Shown here one piece after another: positions 28,245 through 42,100 of a stretch of DNA of 44,392 bases. Source of the stretch: Paraglomus brasilianum. Taxonomy: Eukaryota. Each line of letters begins with the position of its first letter. Within the stretch, counting starts at the first letter, position 1. The notes below the pieces were generated by a model that made no database searches, was not told where the DNA came from, and was given only the letters and a program-made list of their open reading frames with translations. The stretch covers positions 1 to 44,392 of the forward strand of contig CAJVPI010000188.1 in NCBI GenBank assembly GCA_910592345.1. Reading direction: 5' to 3'. A program made the translations under genes and the position numbers.

Positions 28245-30222
28245 TAATTTGTAATTTAACGTCTAACTCCTACTAATACTAATCGGACTGTAGGGTAACA
28301 TAACGACTTCCGTGAGTACGACACTATTTACTTCATCGCACAAAATATCGATTAGTTATTGTATACCGTGCTATTAAACAACAAAATGTACTTCATCGCC
28401 AGGTGACTGCTTCGCTGCCTCAGTCGATGAAGTAGTTACAATAAGTAGTGTAATAATATTTTCCCGTCTAGACCATCACTACGCCGGCGCAAAACTTCTC
28501 AAAGAAAGATAATTACAGGTTCTGCACGTAGTACCTATAGTTATGAACCGTCGAAAAAAGATGTCTCAAACCATCCAATTTGGTAAATCCAAACGAGAAC
28601 GTATCAGAGTTGGCAACCGCGTCAAGACATTTTGATAACAGCTATCGAGACTTGTCTCGCTCCGTAGAAGATTGCTATTATGGACAAACGCGTTATAAAC
28701 AATATACATAGACCCCAACCTATAGGCTATCGGTCTAATCTCGCCGATAGAAATAGTAGTAGAATCGATTAAATAGCAGTCGACATGAGTTGCAAACCCT
28801 GTTTAAAAATCACTAACTTGTCGAATTATATTTAGCAGGCCAAGGCTCGGATGGCTAAATTTCAAGGTCAATATACAAACTACTTTATTGACTCGATAAA
28901 CAACAGATCTCATAGAAAAGATTGCGACTGAAGACTGAAAAAACATTCTGCTCCTTTGAGATTCCATAACAAGAGGCCGGCGATGCTGCATTAGACTGTA
29001 TGTATAATGTAATGGTAACGGCGCATTTAGAATGTTTTAAATTTAAAATGTTGCCTAATCATAATGTGTTTCCTAATGTGTTTGCACATTTAAATTTATG
29101 GGTAAAAAGAGATATCAAGATTAAGGAAGATGTCCTATAACCCTTGCAATCACATTGCTGACCGATTCAATATTTTAATTAGTACAGTACATAATAAGAT
29201 GGTATCCCCCTCCCCTTTGCCAAAACTATAAGTACATCAAGTTTTACCTTAAGTCGCAAAGATTTTTGACTAATTTGATTATACAGAACATATTAATATG
29301 AAATCATAATAATAATACCGCCACTTAGTATAATAATAATGGACAATAGAGATTTTCGAAAATAAAATAATTCGTGTAACGAAAATAGTTACCAAAAAGC
29401 GGCATTTCTCTTCATCATGTTGAGAGTAAAAGCTGATCGTAACCGTACTTATGTCTAGTTGGTGACATGAAAAATTCGGGTCGTGGCTGACTATGCTATC
29501 TAATAGTCTCGACTTAAACTCCATTGTAAAAGTAATGTGGAAAAGTATGCCACCAAGATAACGGTAAATTAAAACAATGCTGTAATAATAAATTTGTAAC
29601 AGAAAAAATGGGGATAGAATTTCATATTAAAATTTATTTGTTAGTAAAGTATCTAACAAAGATATAAGCATCAATCCGTTAGTTTGATCGAAAAGTAAAA
29701 CGACATAATAACAAAGAAGTAAGCCTAACGCTAAGAGGAGAACGCTAGTGGTTGTGAATTAAGACCACCGTATCTAATCAAAATCGAATACATCAGAACG
29801 TTTATTCGAATGCTGAATAGATTCCAAGTTTAAGTCTGATGCCCTTCGAGCATGTCTTCCGCCTTGTGGCTGCTCTGCCTGCTTTCAGGGAAAAGCAATT
29901 TCTTAAGTATAAATAGGCATTAAATAATTGCACTGCTGGAATAACAAAATTATATTCTGTTAATCAAATATCTACATGTTTGTTCCAACCGGCTATAGGA
30001 CTTAGGAGCTTCAATACCGTAGACAAGTTTTTTTACACAAAACCCCTAGAAAGCGATTGCTCCGCATCCGATACCATATGACTATGCGTTACGGGATTTA
30101 GAGTACATAACAAATGGAGTGCGTGTGCCACTATAAGATCAACATATGTTTGGAGTAAGACGATCGTACAAATAACTGAAAATACTTTTCATATTGTCAT
30201 ATTGCTATTCTTCTTCTTCAAG

Positions 30223-31556
30223 ATGGGAGATAGGTATCTGATTATTGGCGGGGACGGCTTCCTTGGTCGCTGGATAATCGAACTGCTTCTCCGTCGTGAT
30301 GAGCCGAATATATTTGTATTTGACCTCCGAAGTCACTTTGACGACGTTAAATACTTTATAGGTGATCTCACCAAGTATGAAGATATTAATAATGCAATAA
30401 AGCGGGGGCGGATATCCATAGTCATCAATACTGTATCGCCTCTAACGGGTCTTGGCGATGATATTTATTGGAAAGTGAATGTTGATGGAACTAAAAATGT
30501 GATTAGAGCTTGCATTGAGAATGGAGTGCAAAAGTTGATTCATACTAGCAGCGCTAGTGTACTATTTGATGGAGTTAGCGATTTGGTAAATGCTGATGAG
30601 ACAACACCTTATCCAGAAAAATATGCGGATGCATATAATGAGACTAAGGTATAGTCTTTGTACATAGTGTCTCTTTCTTCGTATTCAGGCTGATGATTCG
30701 ACATCTATGCTAGGCTAAAGCAGAGGCTCTTGTTCTTGAAGCGAATGGAAAAAACAATCTTTTGACCTGCGCTCTTCGTCCTTCTGCTATATTCGGGTAA
30801 GACATCAAGAAATCGTTTATATTCAATATAACAAGCAAATGTATTTAATATTTTGTTGTATCGACTGTTGGTACTTTATAGTCCTAAGGACAGAACCTTA
30901 ATACCTGGTATAATTGCCGTAGTAAAAAGAGGGCAAACTAAGTTTCAAATTGGAGATAATTCTAACCTGTTTGACTATTCATACGTGGAGAATGTGGCAT
31001 ATGCACACATTCTCGCTGCTGACAAGATGGCGCCTGACAATAAAATTGGCGGAGAGGTAGGAATTTGTAGTGAGGTGTAAACACACATCCGTTATTTAGT
31101 AGTTAACATTATTGGCTTGTTCCCATATTAGGCCTTTCTAATAACTAATGGAGCCCCGGTCCCATTCTGGGATTTCCTTAGATTTACATGGGCGCAGTTT
31201 AAGCATTACCCTCCATTTGTTATTAAAATGCCGAGATCGGTTGGGCTGACTCTTGCGAGCTTAGCTGAATGGTCTAGCTACCTACAAGGGAAAGAGCCAG
31301 GATTTACCAGGTTTAGAGTGAAGTTCTCTTGCGCAAACAGATACTTTAATATAACCAAGGCCAAAACTATTTTGGGATATGAACCGATAATTGGTCTGGA
31401 AGAAGGGCTGAGGAGATCTTGTCAGGTAGTAACAAATGTCTTGTTTGTCAGACTATCGTTGTCAAGCCTGTACTAATCAAACTTGTTATAATCGCGAAAT
31501 ACCAAATACAGTATTTTATAGAAGAGCTAAATCAAGGACGACTTGATTTTAAATGA
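30223..31556 (+). CDS. ERG26: Sterol-4-alpha-carboxylate 3-dehydrogenase (Erg26/NSDHL; 3-beta-HSD family), multi-exon
   Basis: GGDGFLG Rossmann motif, VNVDGTKNVIRAC, TSSASV, catalytic YNETK, TCALRPSAIFG, TKFQIGDNSNLFDYSYVENVAYAHILAA and FTRFRVKFSCANRYFNITKAK. Confidence 0.93.
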
Positions 31557-32443
31557 TGCTATGTGTGACATTTATATTATGTGATGTTGTAGAACATAAG
31601 CGACACGCCGTATAAGCTGAATTTTTCAGAGCGATAATGCGCTGTGTTAGTAACGATTATGTACTGAGCTAACTACATAGTAATATTGGTATCGTTCCGC
31701 AAAAATCGTATTCACTTCCGGTGCGTAGTAAATCGTTAGACAACTTCATCGATATGACAATTCGATAGTTATTATTAATATAACTTTGTATAATACCTCC
31801 TGATGAGGTTTGCAGTAGCGTGTCTAACAATTGCAATAAAAGGTCAGACGGTGTGCCACACATACAAGCTATTAGAAAACGAAATTAGGGCCTGACATAT
31901 TGTAATCAAGAATTACTAGCAGCGGAACCACTATCAGACGTGGGCTGGAAGCCCTAACAACAGCAGGTACCAAATATTTAAGAGAAAGCTCTCAGATTAA
32001 GGTTGACATAGGGCTTGATCTCAAGGCCGGAAACTAACACTGCAAGGTTGTTATACATTTCAACTATCGACTAAGCTTAAAAATCTTAAGGCAACAAATA
32101 TCCGACTTCTACTGAAAGCTTGTGACAGATGTTTAAGAATTAGACCTCGATTGTCTATCTTGTTCGATTTGCTTCGCTTAGCAGGACTAATAAGACCCTG
32201 GAATGGATTGCTTAAACATCAACGGAGCATTGTTATTAAAGCATTCCCTCTTCAATATTGACTCAGCGAGCAATCGTTGTGCATAGTGCGCGCCATTTTT
32301 ATGGTGAAATAAGAATCACTATTCATCGCGAGTTTTATTTTAAATTTGTGTTACTGTTAACTAGTACTAGTACGTAATACCTATACTTTACTGTAAATAG
32401 CCGAATTTTTTTTTCGAACATCAGACTTTTCGAATCGCATCAA

Positions 32444-32955
32444 ATGCCCGAATCTAATGTATCGCAATCTGGCTCACGACGGCATATACCATTACGATAT
32501 CGCTTGAGCAGCCTAACTGACAACCAGATAAGGACATTAAATAGGCGAACAGCCCGAATAGAAGATCTCGGTGGAGAACCGTGGTTCAGGCATCTTAAGG
32601 TTGGGTCGCTTGTGCTCTGCGCAGGTGAGCTAATGATAACATGGATCAACGACACAGCATGCATTTGAGGCGAATTAGCTTTTCATATGAATTCTTCGTG
32701 CTGAAGGCATTACAGTGTATATGGTTCTCTATCATGACTGGAATCAGGATGACCACGTTTTCATGCCGGTATGTCCTTTTAACGACAGTCTTTCTATTAA
32801 CAAAAATCGTCTTTATATTACTATGGATCATGACTAAATGCGTAAAATATTACCGCCAGATACGCCGTTGGGTTGACAAGCGAAAACAATCATTTTGGTC
32901 ACTTAGCAATGAAGAGAAACAAGAATTAAGGGAACAAGGAAAAAATATAGACTAA
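32444..32955 (+). CDS. Hypothetical small protein with a hydrophobic segment, 2-exon model
   Basis: A phase-0 intron 32600-32706 (AAG|GTTGGG ... GAAG|GCA) joins ORF 32444 to ORF 32641 in frame. I recognise no family. Confidence 0.45.
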
Positions 32956-33056
32956 GCAACGTAATGCGTATCCATGACTCATAATCCTCAGTGTTAATTT
33001 TGTATACGATCGTAATAAATATTATTGTGAACGACAGGGTCATTTCAATGATAATA

Positions 33057-33878
33057 TTAAGTTAGAAGTCTTGCACTGTCCCCAAGGAGATATCCAATGA
33101 GACATTTATCTAGCATCAGTTCGTAATTTACCCATGAATGTATTTCCACTAGGAGATAAACAATGGGTTATTTCCGATAATCTCGTCAGAAAAGGAAATT
33201 CACATGTATACTTACTAAATAATACCGTCCCGTCTCTTCCAGCACAACGCATTATTTCTCCAACACCTGCAGACAAAAGAAACATGGTTATTCTGCTATC
33301 ATTCGAGCAAATCTTCATCTCCGGTATATTTTCCGTTCACATACCTCCAGGATGAAACTTCAAGTACGGCGTAATATTATACACCTTACCACCTAACACA
33401 GTCCACGCATCAGCCTTTGTCCGATGACGCTGCACTTCTTCCATAGTAATCTTCTTCATTCCTCTTGCACCCTCCGTAAGGTCCACTCCCGAAGACTTCA
33501 ACCTGGCCCAATCTAAAGCAGAGTGGCCAGGCTCAAGAGCAACTTTTCGTCTTTGCTTAGTCGCCTTTTGAAGTGGTGTCAGCGGACTACGAATGCGTTG
33601 AGGACTACCAAGGAGGGGAAACTGAGTAGGAGCTTTGGAGGTAACAAAAGACGGTTGGCGAATCGTACGTCTACATGTAAGAAGGCTTGTGAAAAGAGAA
33701 GACACTTACGATTGTCAGAAGAACCTGAGTGGTCATCAGGTGTTATTATTGAGACATTGGGTATTATTTCTTTTGAGGATTGCTCATCATCGTTTTGTTT
33801 TTGTTTCGCCGAACCATCATCCCCTGTTTCCTCTCTCAGACCCAAAGCAGTTATCAATCTTGATGCAGCGTTAAACAT
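33057..33878 (-). CDS. Soluble cytochrome b5-like heme-binding protein (Irc21 / CYB5R4 N-terminal type)
   Basis: RRKVALEPGHSALDWARL, DAWTVLGGKVYNITPYLKFHPG|G, CAGRDGT and HSWVNYELMLDKCLIGYL. Both heme-ligand His residues are present and there is no TM anchor. Confidence 0.9.
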
Positions 33879-34207
33879 AATTTTGTTCAACTGTCCCGAA
33901 ATGCTAAAGGAACCAAACAGACCTGTTGACCCATGCGGCTGGATGTACGGAATAATAACAATTCGTATTAACGGGTACGTTAATTAACTTGTGCAACGGG
34001 GAAATTAAAATTAATTAAAAATTTATTCGGCATATATCAATATCACTTTCTTTTCCTTCATCCATTATCGCCCTTCCATTATTCCCGTCCTCCCATCAAT
34101 ACTGTCTCCGGACTTCCTTCGTTCTCCCCTCCCCTTCCCTCCCCATAGTCTGAAGTTCTTTGGAACTTCCTTTCCTTTAAATTTTACCCTCAATACCTCA
34201 TAGAAAA

Positions 34208-36049
34208 ATGAAGCTATTCGGAATAGATGCGATTTTCATTATTGGGTTGCTGGCAATAAATTCTATTACTTATGCGCATAAGCAATCTGAAGACGTCATT
34301 CGGATCCGCATGGTTCCTCGCGTGCCAGTCTATAGTACTGGGACGAGTCAACTTGCTGACTCAGCGAGACATAAGATCCGTATGAATAAATGTAAGTCTA
34401 AAGCAAAGGTGACCAAAAATCACGAGCGTGCGAACGAATTCTTTGTGAAGGCCATGTTTAGAAGAGGATTGCCCAAAGGTATGTTTGAGAAAACGTTCCA
34501 TTAAGCACAGAAATTCTGATTGAATTCGTTTATCTACCTTAATTAATACTTGCAACATAATCTCTCTTAGATTCTGTCCCATTTGCTGCCGTGTCAAATC
34601 CGAGCATTTACACAACAGGAGTTGTCAACCTTTATAATGATAACGAGGTAACGAAATATGAGCTGGTTTTGGGTTGTTACTCTAAATTGTTGTGAATGTA
34701 CTATAATGCGACTGATTGTCGCTGTTTTGCTTTCAATTTGAATGCTTTGCCGTTCATGTTATTCAGTGGGTTGGTCAAATTGATCTTGGTACACCCGGTC
34801 AATCGTTTCTCGTGAACTTTGATACGGGGTCAGCAGATCTTTGGGTTCCATCCGTCGCATGCGGAGAAATATGCAAGGCGCACAGTCGATACAACTCATT
34901 CAAGAGCTCGACTTTTCGCTATGTCGGAAGCCGCTTTCAAATTAGGTACGCAGATGGAAGTACATCCCAAGGAAATAACAATAAGGATACTTTGACTATC
35001 GGTAACCTCAAAATTCCTTCACAAGACTTTGCTTCCGTTCGAACCACGAGCGCGGCGTTGTCCGAGGATCTTATTGATGGTATATTTGGACTTGGTGAGT
35101 CTATAGAAGCATTCTACGAATTTTACTCAGCTTATTAATAGAACAACGTATCTGGTAATGAATGACTCATTCTATTGCATCTACTATAGGATACGATGCA
35201 CTTTCAATGGTTCAAGGAACAGTAACACCCTTCACCAACATGATCAGGAACAAGCTAATTCCGAGAGCTATTTTCTCAATCCAACTCCGCCCAGCGCGCC
35301 TCGGCTCGCGTTTAGGTGGAATAATCATATTTGGCGGCATTGACCCGAATCTTTATTTAGGGAATATCGTATACACTCCTGTGACCAAAAAACTCTTCTG
35401 GCAAATCGCAATTGATTCTATTAATTTAGCCGGCAAGTCGCTTGGAGGAGTAAAACAACAAGTGATTGTCGATTCCGGGGCTACCATGCTTATTGTCGGC
35501 ACTCAAGTTGCTCAAGCCATTCATTCCAAATTGGGTGGAAATTTTGACCCCAAATCAGGATATTGGACACTTCCTTGTGATGCCGTGAGAAATCAGAATA
35601 ACAAACTGGTCATCAAAATTGGAGGAGCCTCATTCAGTATCAATCGTGAGTACTTAATCCGTATGTATAATAATAATCAAAAAATTATATTACTTATCTA
35701 ATTCGTGGATTTACTAGCTTCTGACTTGGTGAGGGAGAAAATCCGAGGTAACACCTGTTATTCGGCCATTACCGGTACAGGCCAAGCTGTAAGTACAACA
35801 TTAGTCGGACTACGGTTGGTTGTCAGACTATTTAACAAAGAGTAATCTGATGTTATTTTATTTTCACTAGACTTGGGTTCTTGGTGGCACATTCTTGAAG
35901 AATGTATACGTAAGTCTATCGACATGCAATGTTTTCTAAATTATTGGATCCGTTGACGCCTACTAATTTGTCATTACTTGTTCTAGGTGGTATTTGATAG
36001 AGAAAAAGATCAAATAGGGTTTGCATTGCCGCGTTATCCGAACTATTAA
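34208..36049 (+). CDS. Secreted pepsin-family (A1) aspartic protease, multi-exon
   Basis: Signal peptide and basic propeptide, then [22 protein letters not shown], flap [46 protein letters not shown] and IGFA. Confidence 0.93.
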
Positions 36050-36183
36050 TTAGAAAATTGTCCATAAGAAGAATGGGAACAATTAAAAGATCACAAGAAA
36101 AATTGCGTGGTTTATTTATATGGCATCCATTTGGTTCCCTTCTATTATTCGAGTGTATTCTATGATTAGTTGTAATGCTGTCA

Positions 36184-39100
36184 TTAAGAATTCGTGTTTT
36201 CCTCGGCTTCCGATACCTGACCACCTTTGGTATTCGACAGTAGCAGTTCATATTCACCCGAATTCTTGCACATTTTATAGAAGGCAGATTGTGAATTGGT
36301 GATAAGATTATAAGGACTAGAAAATCGTAACAAATGTTAAAACAGTTGTTCGAAATAGTGTCATTCATGGTCACATAACCTCACCTGTCATATTCTAGAA
36401 TTTTTCCTTGATCTAAATAATACCATCGGTATAGTCAGACTCCAACAACTCTGAGTTAATTGACGTAATCCTAAAAACACTTACCAAGCACAAGTATCTT
36501 ATCATAATCAATCACTGTTCTCAATCTATGCGCAATACACAGTATAGTAGAGTCAACAAATTCACTTCTAATTGCTTCTTGTATCTTCTCATCGGTCCCA
36601 AAGTCAACACTATAATAGATAGTTAAGCATTAACAAGGATATATTGATTTAAAAGAAAACCTCAATTATTACCTAGCCGTAGCTTCATCCATAAGAATAA
36701 TTTTTGATCTTCTCAATAAAGCTCGCGCCAAACAAAGCAGTTGTCTTTGTCCCTGACTGAAATTCTTTCCCCCTTCGCTTACGGGTGTCTCTAGACTCTG
36801 GAATACACTAGCGCTGGCAAATGCTGTTGAATCTTCAGTAATCTCTCCTGCACTCGGAAGTAACTGCACACGCTCTAAGGCTTCCCTAATCGCATGTTCC
36901 GAGTGTTCATCAAAAGGGTCAAGGTTTGATCTTATAGTTCCTAATAATCATATCAAAGTCAATAAAGTGATAAGAACCAAGAATTATGAGAAAAACTATT
37001 TACAAAGAAGTTCCCATTCGTCCCCGTCCTAATCCCGTAAAATTGCTGACCTGTAAACAGCGTCGGGTCTTGCGGTATTATGGTCATTCTTGATCGAAGG
37101 TCATGCACGCCAATTGAAGCAATGTCAATCTCGTCAATTGTAATTCGTCCCGCAGACGTATCAACAAACCGGAAGAACGCAAGAGCGATAGTGGACTAAG
37201 AAAGAATGCAGTTAGAAACGTAATCATCCAGAAACAGCATACAGTTTGCCAGATATCGTTGATCAGCCATGTAACTTAAGATGTATTATATAAAATGTCA
37301 ATAAAGCGCTTAAGATTTACTCACCTTTCCTGAACCAGTCCTAAACAATAGAATCAAGTTAAAATCCGATATCAACAAACCAAACCCCACCACCCGCTAA
37401 AAAAGCGAAATTCACCTTCCGACAATTCCAACTTTCTCTCCACCTCCAACCTCGAACGAGATTCCGTGCAGTACAGGTTCTAAATCTGGGGCATACTTGA
37501 CTTCTAAATCTTCTACTGTTATCGCACCCTCATATGGCCATCCTGCTGATGGTCTCGGATGCACAATTTCTGGTGGCTCTTGCGCGATTTCGGAAAATTC
37601 GTCAACTCTCTCCATTGCATTCATACTCATTTCTAATGTAGTATATCGCCGTACTGCCCACATCAGTTGTTCGGTAAAATTCATAGCAAACGATAAAGAT
37701 AAACCAGCAAGACCAGCATCCACACTATCGATATTCCACAATAGAAAGATTGCTGCTATGAACGAGACAAAAGACCCAGTCACATTGAATCGCATTGAAA
37801 GCCAACGATTGATTAACCAAACAAAGAAGAATGGGCGAGCGTTATTGTCGATTCTAGGATCAAATGTTCGTTAGATAGAACGGGAGGAGTGATAGGGATT
37901 TAAGGAAGTTATTTGTATTACCGAGTAAGCATTTCTTCCATAAAGCGTTTTGTTGCTCCAAATGCTCGAATCGTTGTCACTCCTCTGTACACAATTTAAG
38001 ACATAGGTGAGAAAGCCCATATGCATGATTTTAGGAGAAATGCTCAATAAATAGATAAACAAATATCTATGTGTGTATGTATACATACGCCAGAGTTTCT
38101 GTGAAATGAGTATAAAGTGGAGATCGAGTGACAGAGTCCATTCGCTTCAGTTCGCGTGACGCCCTAGTGAACAATGCTCCAACGACCATAAATATGATCC
38201 CTACAATAATGGTACAATACAGTAAATAGTGAATCTCATTGAAGACTGTTACGAATAGACTAATTACTTACCAAATATTACAGCCGCAATTATGAATTCT
38301 GTTGATGTTTAATAAACAGATTGAATAAAAATTGCTAAAATTTTCCGACCAGTACAATGTAAATTAAATACCTTTTGTGATAGCTGTTATGACCATAGCA
38401 GTCGTCACCATCATCAAGGTATTATTCATAAACCATGCTAAATCACCTATATTGTACATACCAGAGCACAATGAGTTAGTTGGTGTCATTAGTGACATCC
38501 GCTGAATCTTTTGCAGATTGGATGACGCTCACCAATTATGTTTCCATCGATAGTCTCAAAATCTTTACTAAATCTATTTAATATTCTTCCAACTGGTGTA
38601 GTATCAAAAAATCTTAACGGAGCTCTCATAATTCGTTTAAGCAATTTTTTGTACAGTAACCTCGACGTCTTCAATGATCCATAGTACAACACTGCAAATC
38701 GGGCTATTCCAAATACAACCGACGCAAGCGTTATCAACGTATAAATGGTCAGATAGTATGTAAGATCGTGATTTGTGCGCTCAATATTTAATTCAGAACC
38801 AATGTGTATTTGTTCGAAAAGAGCCCAGTCAACCTGGCGCATGCTTATAGATAGAGACCCAAATGACTTTGGTTGTTCTGTGTCACCAGTCCATACTTTG
38901 AGCCACCAGCTTTCTAGAATTTGTGAACTGCGTGTGGCGACGAACAAAAGGGCGACGATTGACCAAAAAATTATATGACCCGTTGTTGTTATATACGTTT
39001 TATAAATTTTGAATCTAACCGCTCCAGTTGCACGAGCTATTAATGTTATCAATTAGTCATCTTTTTAAAAAAAAACTAAGACAGACTTTGTGTTTACCTT

Positions 39101-42100
39101 CTTTTTCAACGAGAATCTTTGGTCCAGTACTCTTTTTCTTATTAGTTTGGGACGAGGATATGTCTCCATTTATTTGTTCGTGGGAAAGTGTCTTATCAAT
39201 GTCATCTGATAATTCCAAATCGATCACCGTTGCTTTAACCTCAGCATTCTCCTCAACTTCTTCTATAATTTCTGCGAGTTTACCAGACTCGCGTAAGTTA
39301 TCTATATCTCCACAGTGATGAACGCTCCCATCCCTAACAGCTACCTAATAGATACGATAGAAAAGAGATTATGATCGGCATCGTAAATATGAAAGTTTTC
39401 TAAGAAGTAAACAGTCATCAAACGTCAATCGAAAAAAAAGTCCGACAGTAGAGTATACGCACCAGGTATGAAGCACTAGGTAAACAAAGATTCACATGAT
39501 GCGTCACTATTATCCTAGTTCGATCTGTCATCAATGACCCCATAATACATTCGCTCATCAGATGCATAGCAGTGTGAGCATCTACAGCGCTCAGCACATC
39601 ATCCAATAATATATGTCTTGCTCTTGAGTACACGGCCCTTGCCAATGCCACTCTCTGCTTCTGTCCACCTGATAAAGTCAAACCTTTCTCGCCTATCTCG
39701 GTCAAATCTCCGTCTTCAAACATTTCCAAATCTTTCTCTAATGCACACATTTTGACAACTTGTACATAGCGGGCTTCGTGATATGGCAAGCCAAAGAGAA
39801 TGTTATCACGGATAGAAGCATTCTGTAGCCATGACTGTTGAGCAACCAAAGCAACGCCATTCTCAATAATCCAGTTTTCAGGAGTAATATTGTCGGATAA
39901 AATTGTGTTGTCGACTGGGGAGCGCGGACAATATATGTTGCCGGTAACCCTTTCCGTTTCTGATAAAATAATACAGACCAATATTAGTAAAATATCAAAT
40001 TAACACCTACTCCGCACGAATGTCCGGCCATACCTCCCAATAATGACATCAACAGTAATGTCTAAATAAATAAAAGATTAATGCATTAAACTTGACATGA
40101 CGTTTAAAATGCTTCTGTTAACGTACCTTCCCTGATCCTGTGGGTCCACCTGTAGTATAAATTTGTTAACGTCCTCATACTTTCAGTTAATAACATGTTA
40201 CAAACCTACTCACATATTATACTGAGCTCTCTTACAGGAAACTCGAGATTTAGTTCAGTCATAATGAATTCATTCCTTAAATCCCCGTTGCTAACAGCTT
40301 TGTTTTCACTCTGATTCCATTTTACGGTAGCATCCACAAATGCAATTCGATCAAAGTTTTCGAGGTCTTCATCAGTAGGCGGTTTGATTTCATCTTCCTT
40401 AAGAAATTTCTCTATTCTGTTAAGACTAACATATGCCTGTAAAGCTTCCATAACAGCTTCTGGTAGAATATTCAGAGCAAATCGGAGTTCATTAAATACA
40501 GCGATCGAAGCAAACGCCACCGACGTCGTCAGGGGGTTGGATTGGATTTTAGTATACCAAAAGAACTACGGTAGACGAAAGTAGTTGTTAAATGATATGC
40601 GAGTACGGATGAAGGATCACGTAAGGTACTCACGGAGACTACGGCCACCAATATTGGAGATGCCATCCATAGTAGATCAAACATAGTGAGATATATAAAA
40701 TTATTGCGTAGTTCTTTAAGTTCAACATCCCTCAAAACCAGTATTTTATCTTCCCAACTGGTCTCCCATGCAAAAATTTTAATAATACGGATTGCTTGTA
40801 AGACCTGCAATTGAAATAATTAGCAACCGTGACATTTGTCACAATAATTACATCCAATATGCTTGTTTTACCTCGTTCATCAAATTAATCCTTCGGTCAC
40901 GTGCTTTCATTAAGCGATCTTGTGTTTTAGCATAATGCTTAGCCGTATAATGGTTAACCGGTAACGTAAATATCATAACCAATAATCCGAAGAGACAGGC
41001 ACTTCCCAGCAATTGATATAAAAAATAAGTTCCAACAATAATTTCAATAGGACTATCGACAACGCTTATCCACCATGTACAGAATTCGGCCACACGATTA
41101 GTATCCACCGCCATTAGATTAGTAATCTTCCCTAATGTAGCTTCTTTGTCAATAATCTTGGTGCTATTGTCCACATCTGCATCTTCGATGACTTCTGAGT
41201 CATCATCGTCATCCGTTTCAAGAGTAGCACCGCTCACATTGCGTCGTTTCAAACTCTTCGAATATATCTCTGCATTCAACATTGACTTTACACTGATTTG
41301 TAGAGCACTTGAACTCCAATACCATAATTGAGCTACATTCACTTGGAGGAGGATATTTGTTAACAACATACCAATAGCATATAAATATCCTCTTTCTAAT
41401 GAGTTATCGTATGTGGGATATTCTTCGAAAAACTCCAAAAAGCGCAAGAAGAAAAAAATAGGCATATAGTACAGCATTGCCCCAGTTGCAGTGAACAACA
41501 ATTGCAACAGAATCAATTTCTTATTGGCATGCCATAACCTAATAAACAAGTGCGACCCTCTCCATTTCTTGATATTATGGTACAGCGTAAATGCACGATA
41601 ACTATAGGGAAGCTGATACAAATCCGAATCGTCTAACGTGTCCTGCAGATAAGCCGTCTTCAACAGAGAAGAAACATATGAGAATGTGATAAAATCCCAG
41701 AGCGAACAATAGCTACTCCCAGTCACTGGTCGACCATCGCAATACAATGGTGGCCCTTTAGGTGTAGTTATTGTTATTGACAGTGAAGTAAATGATAATA
41801 TGACATTTAAGGTCGCAAACAGCCTCTCCAGGAAATCGGTATCAGTTGTTTCTATGTATGTTACTCGAAGTTGCCACACTGACGATAAACAAGAAACGGC
41901 AAAGAATGCGGTAAGGTGGCCATTAAGTGTCCATGCCCATTTCCTCCCCTTTGGTCTTAAAGCGAGAAGAGCTAACACTAATGCATAAAACTTGTTTAAA
42001 ATCACGGAGGTTCAGTCCAAAGCGATAGATACATAAATCAAATAACAGCAATGATCTCTCGTTTACTGCGCCATTATTCCAAGTCACTAAATTTTACCAT

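Noticed and set aside
31800..31850. Hammerhead ribozyme core CTGATGAG
   Set aside because: No suitably placed GAAA or stems II/III; it is only a small ACCTC/GAGGT hairpin.
30223..33878. Sterol gene cluster (ERG26 plus cytochrome b5)
   Set aside because: The b5 protein is the soluble Irc21-like type without an ER anchor, and no other sterol genes are nearby.
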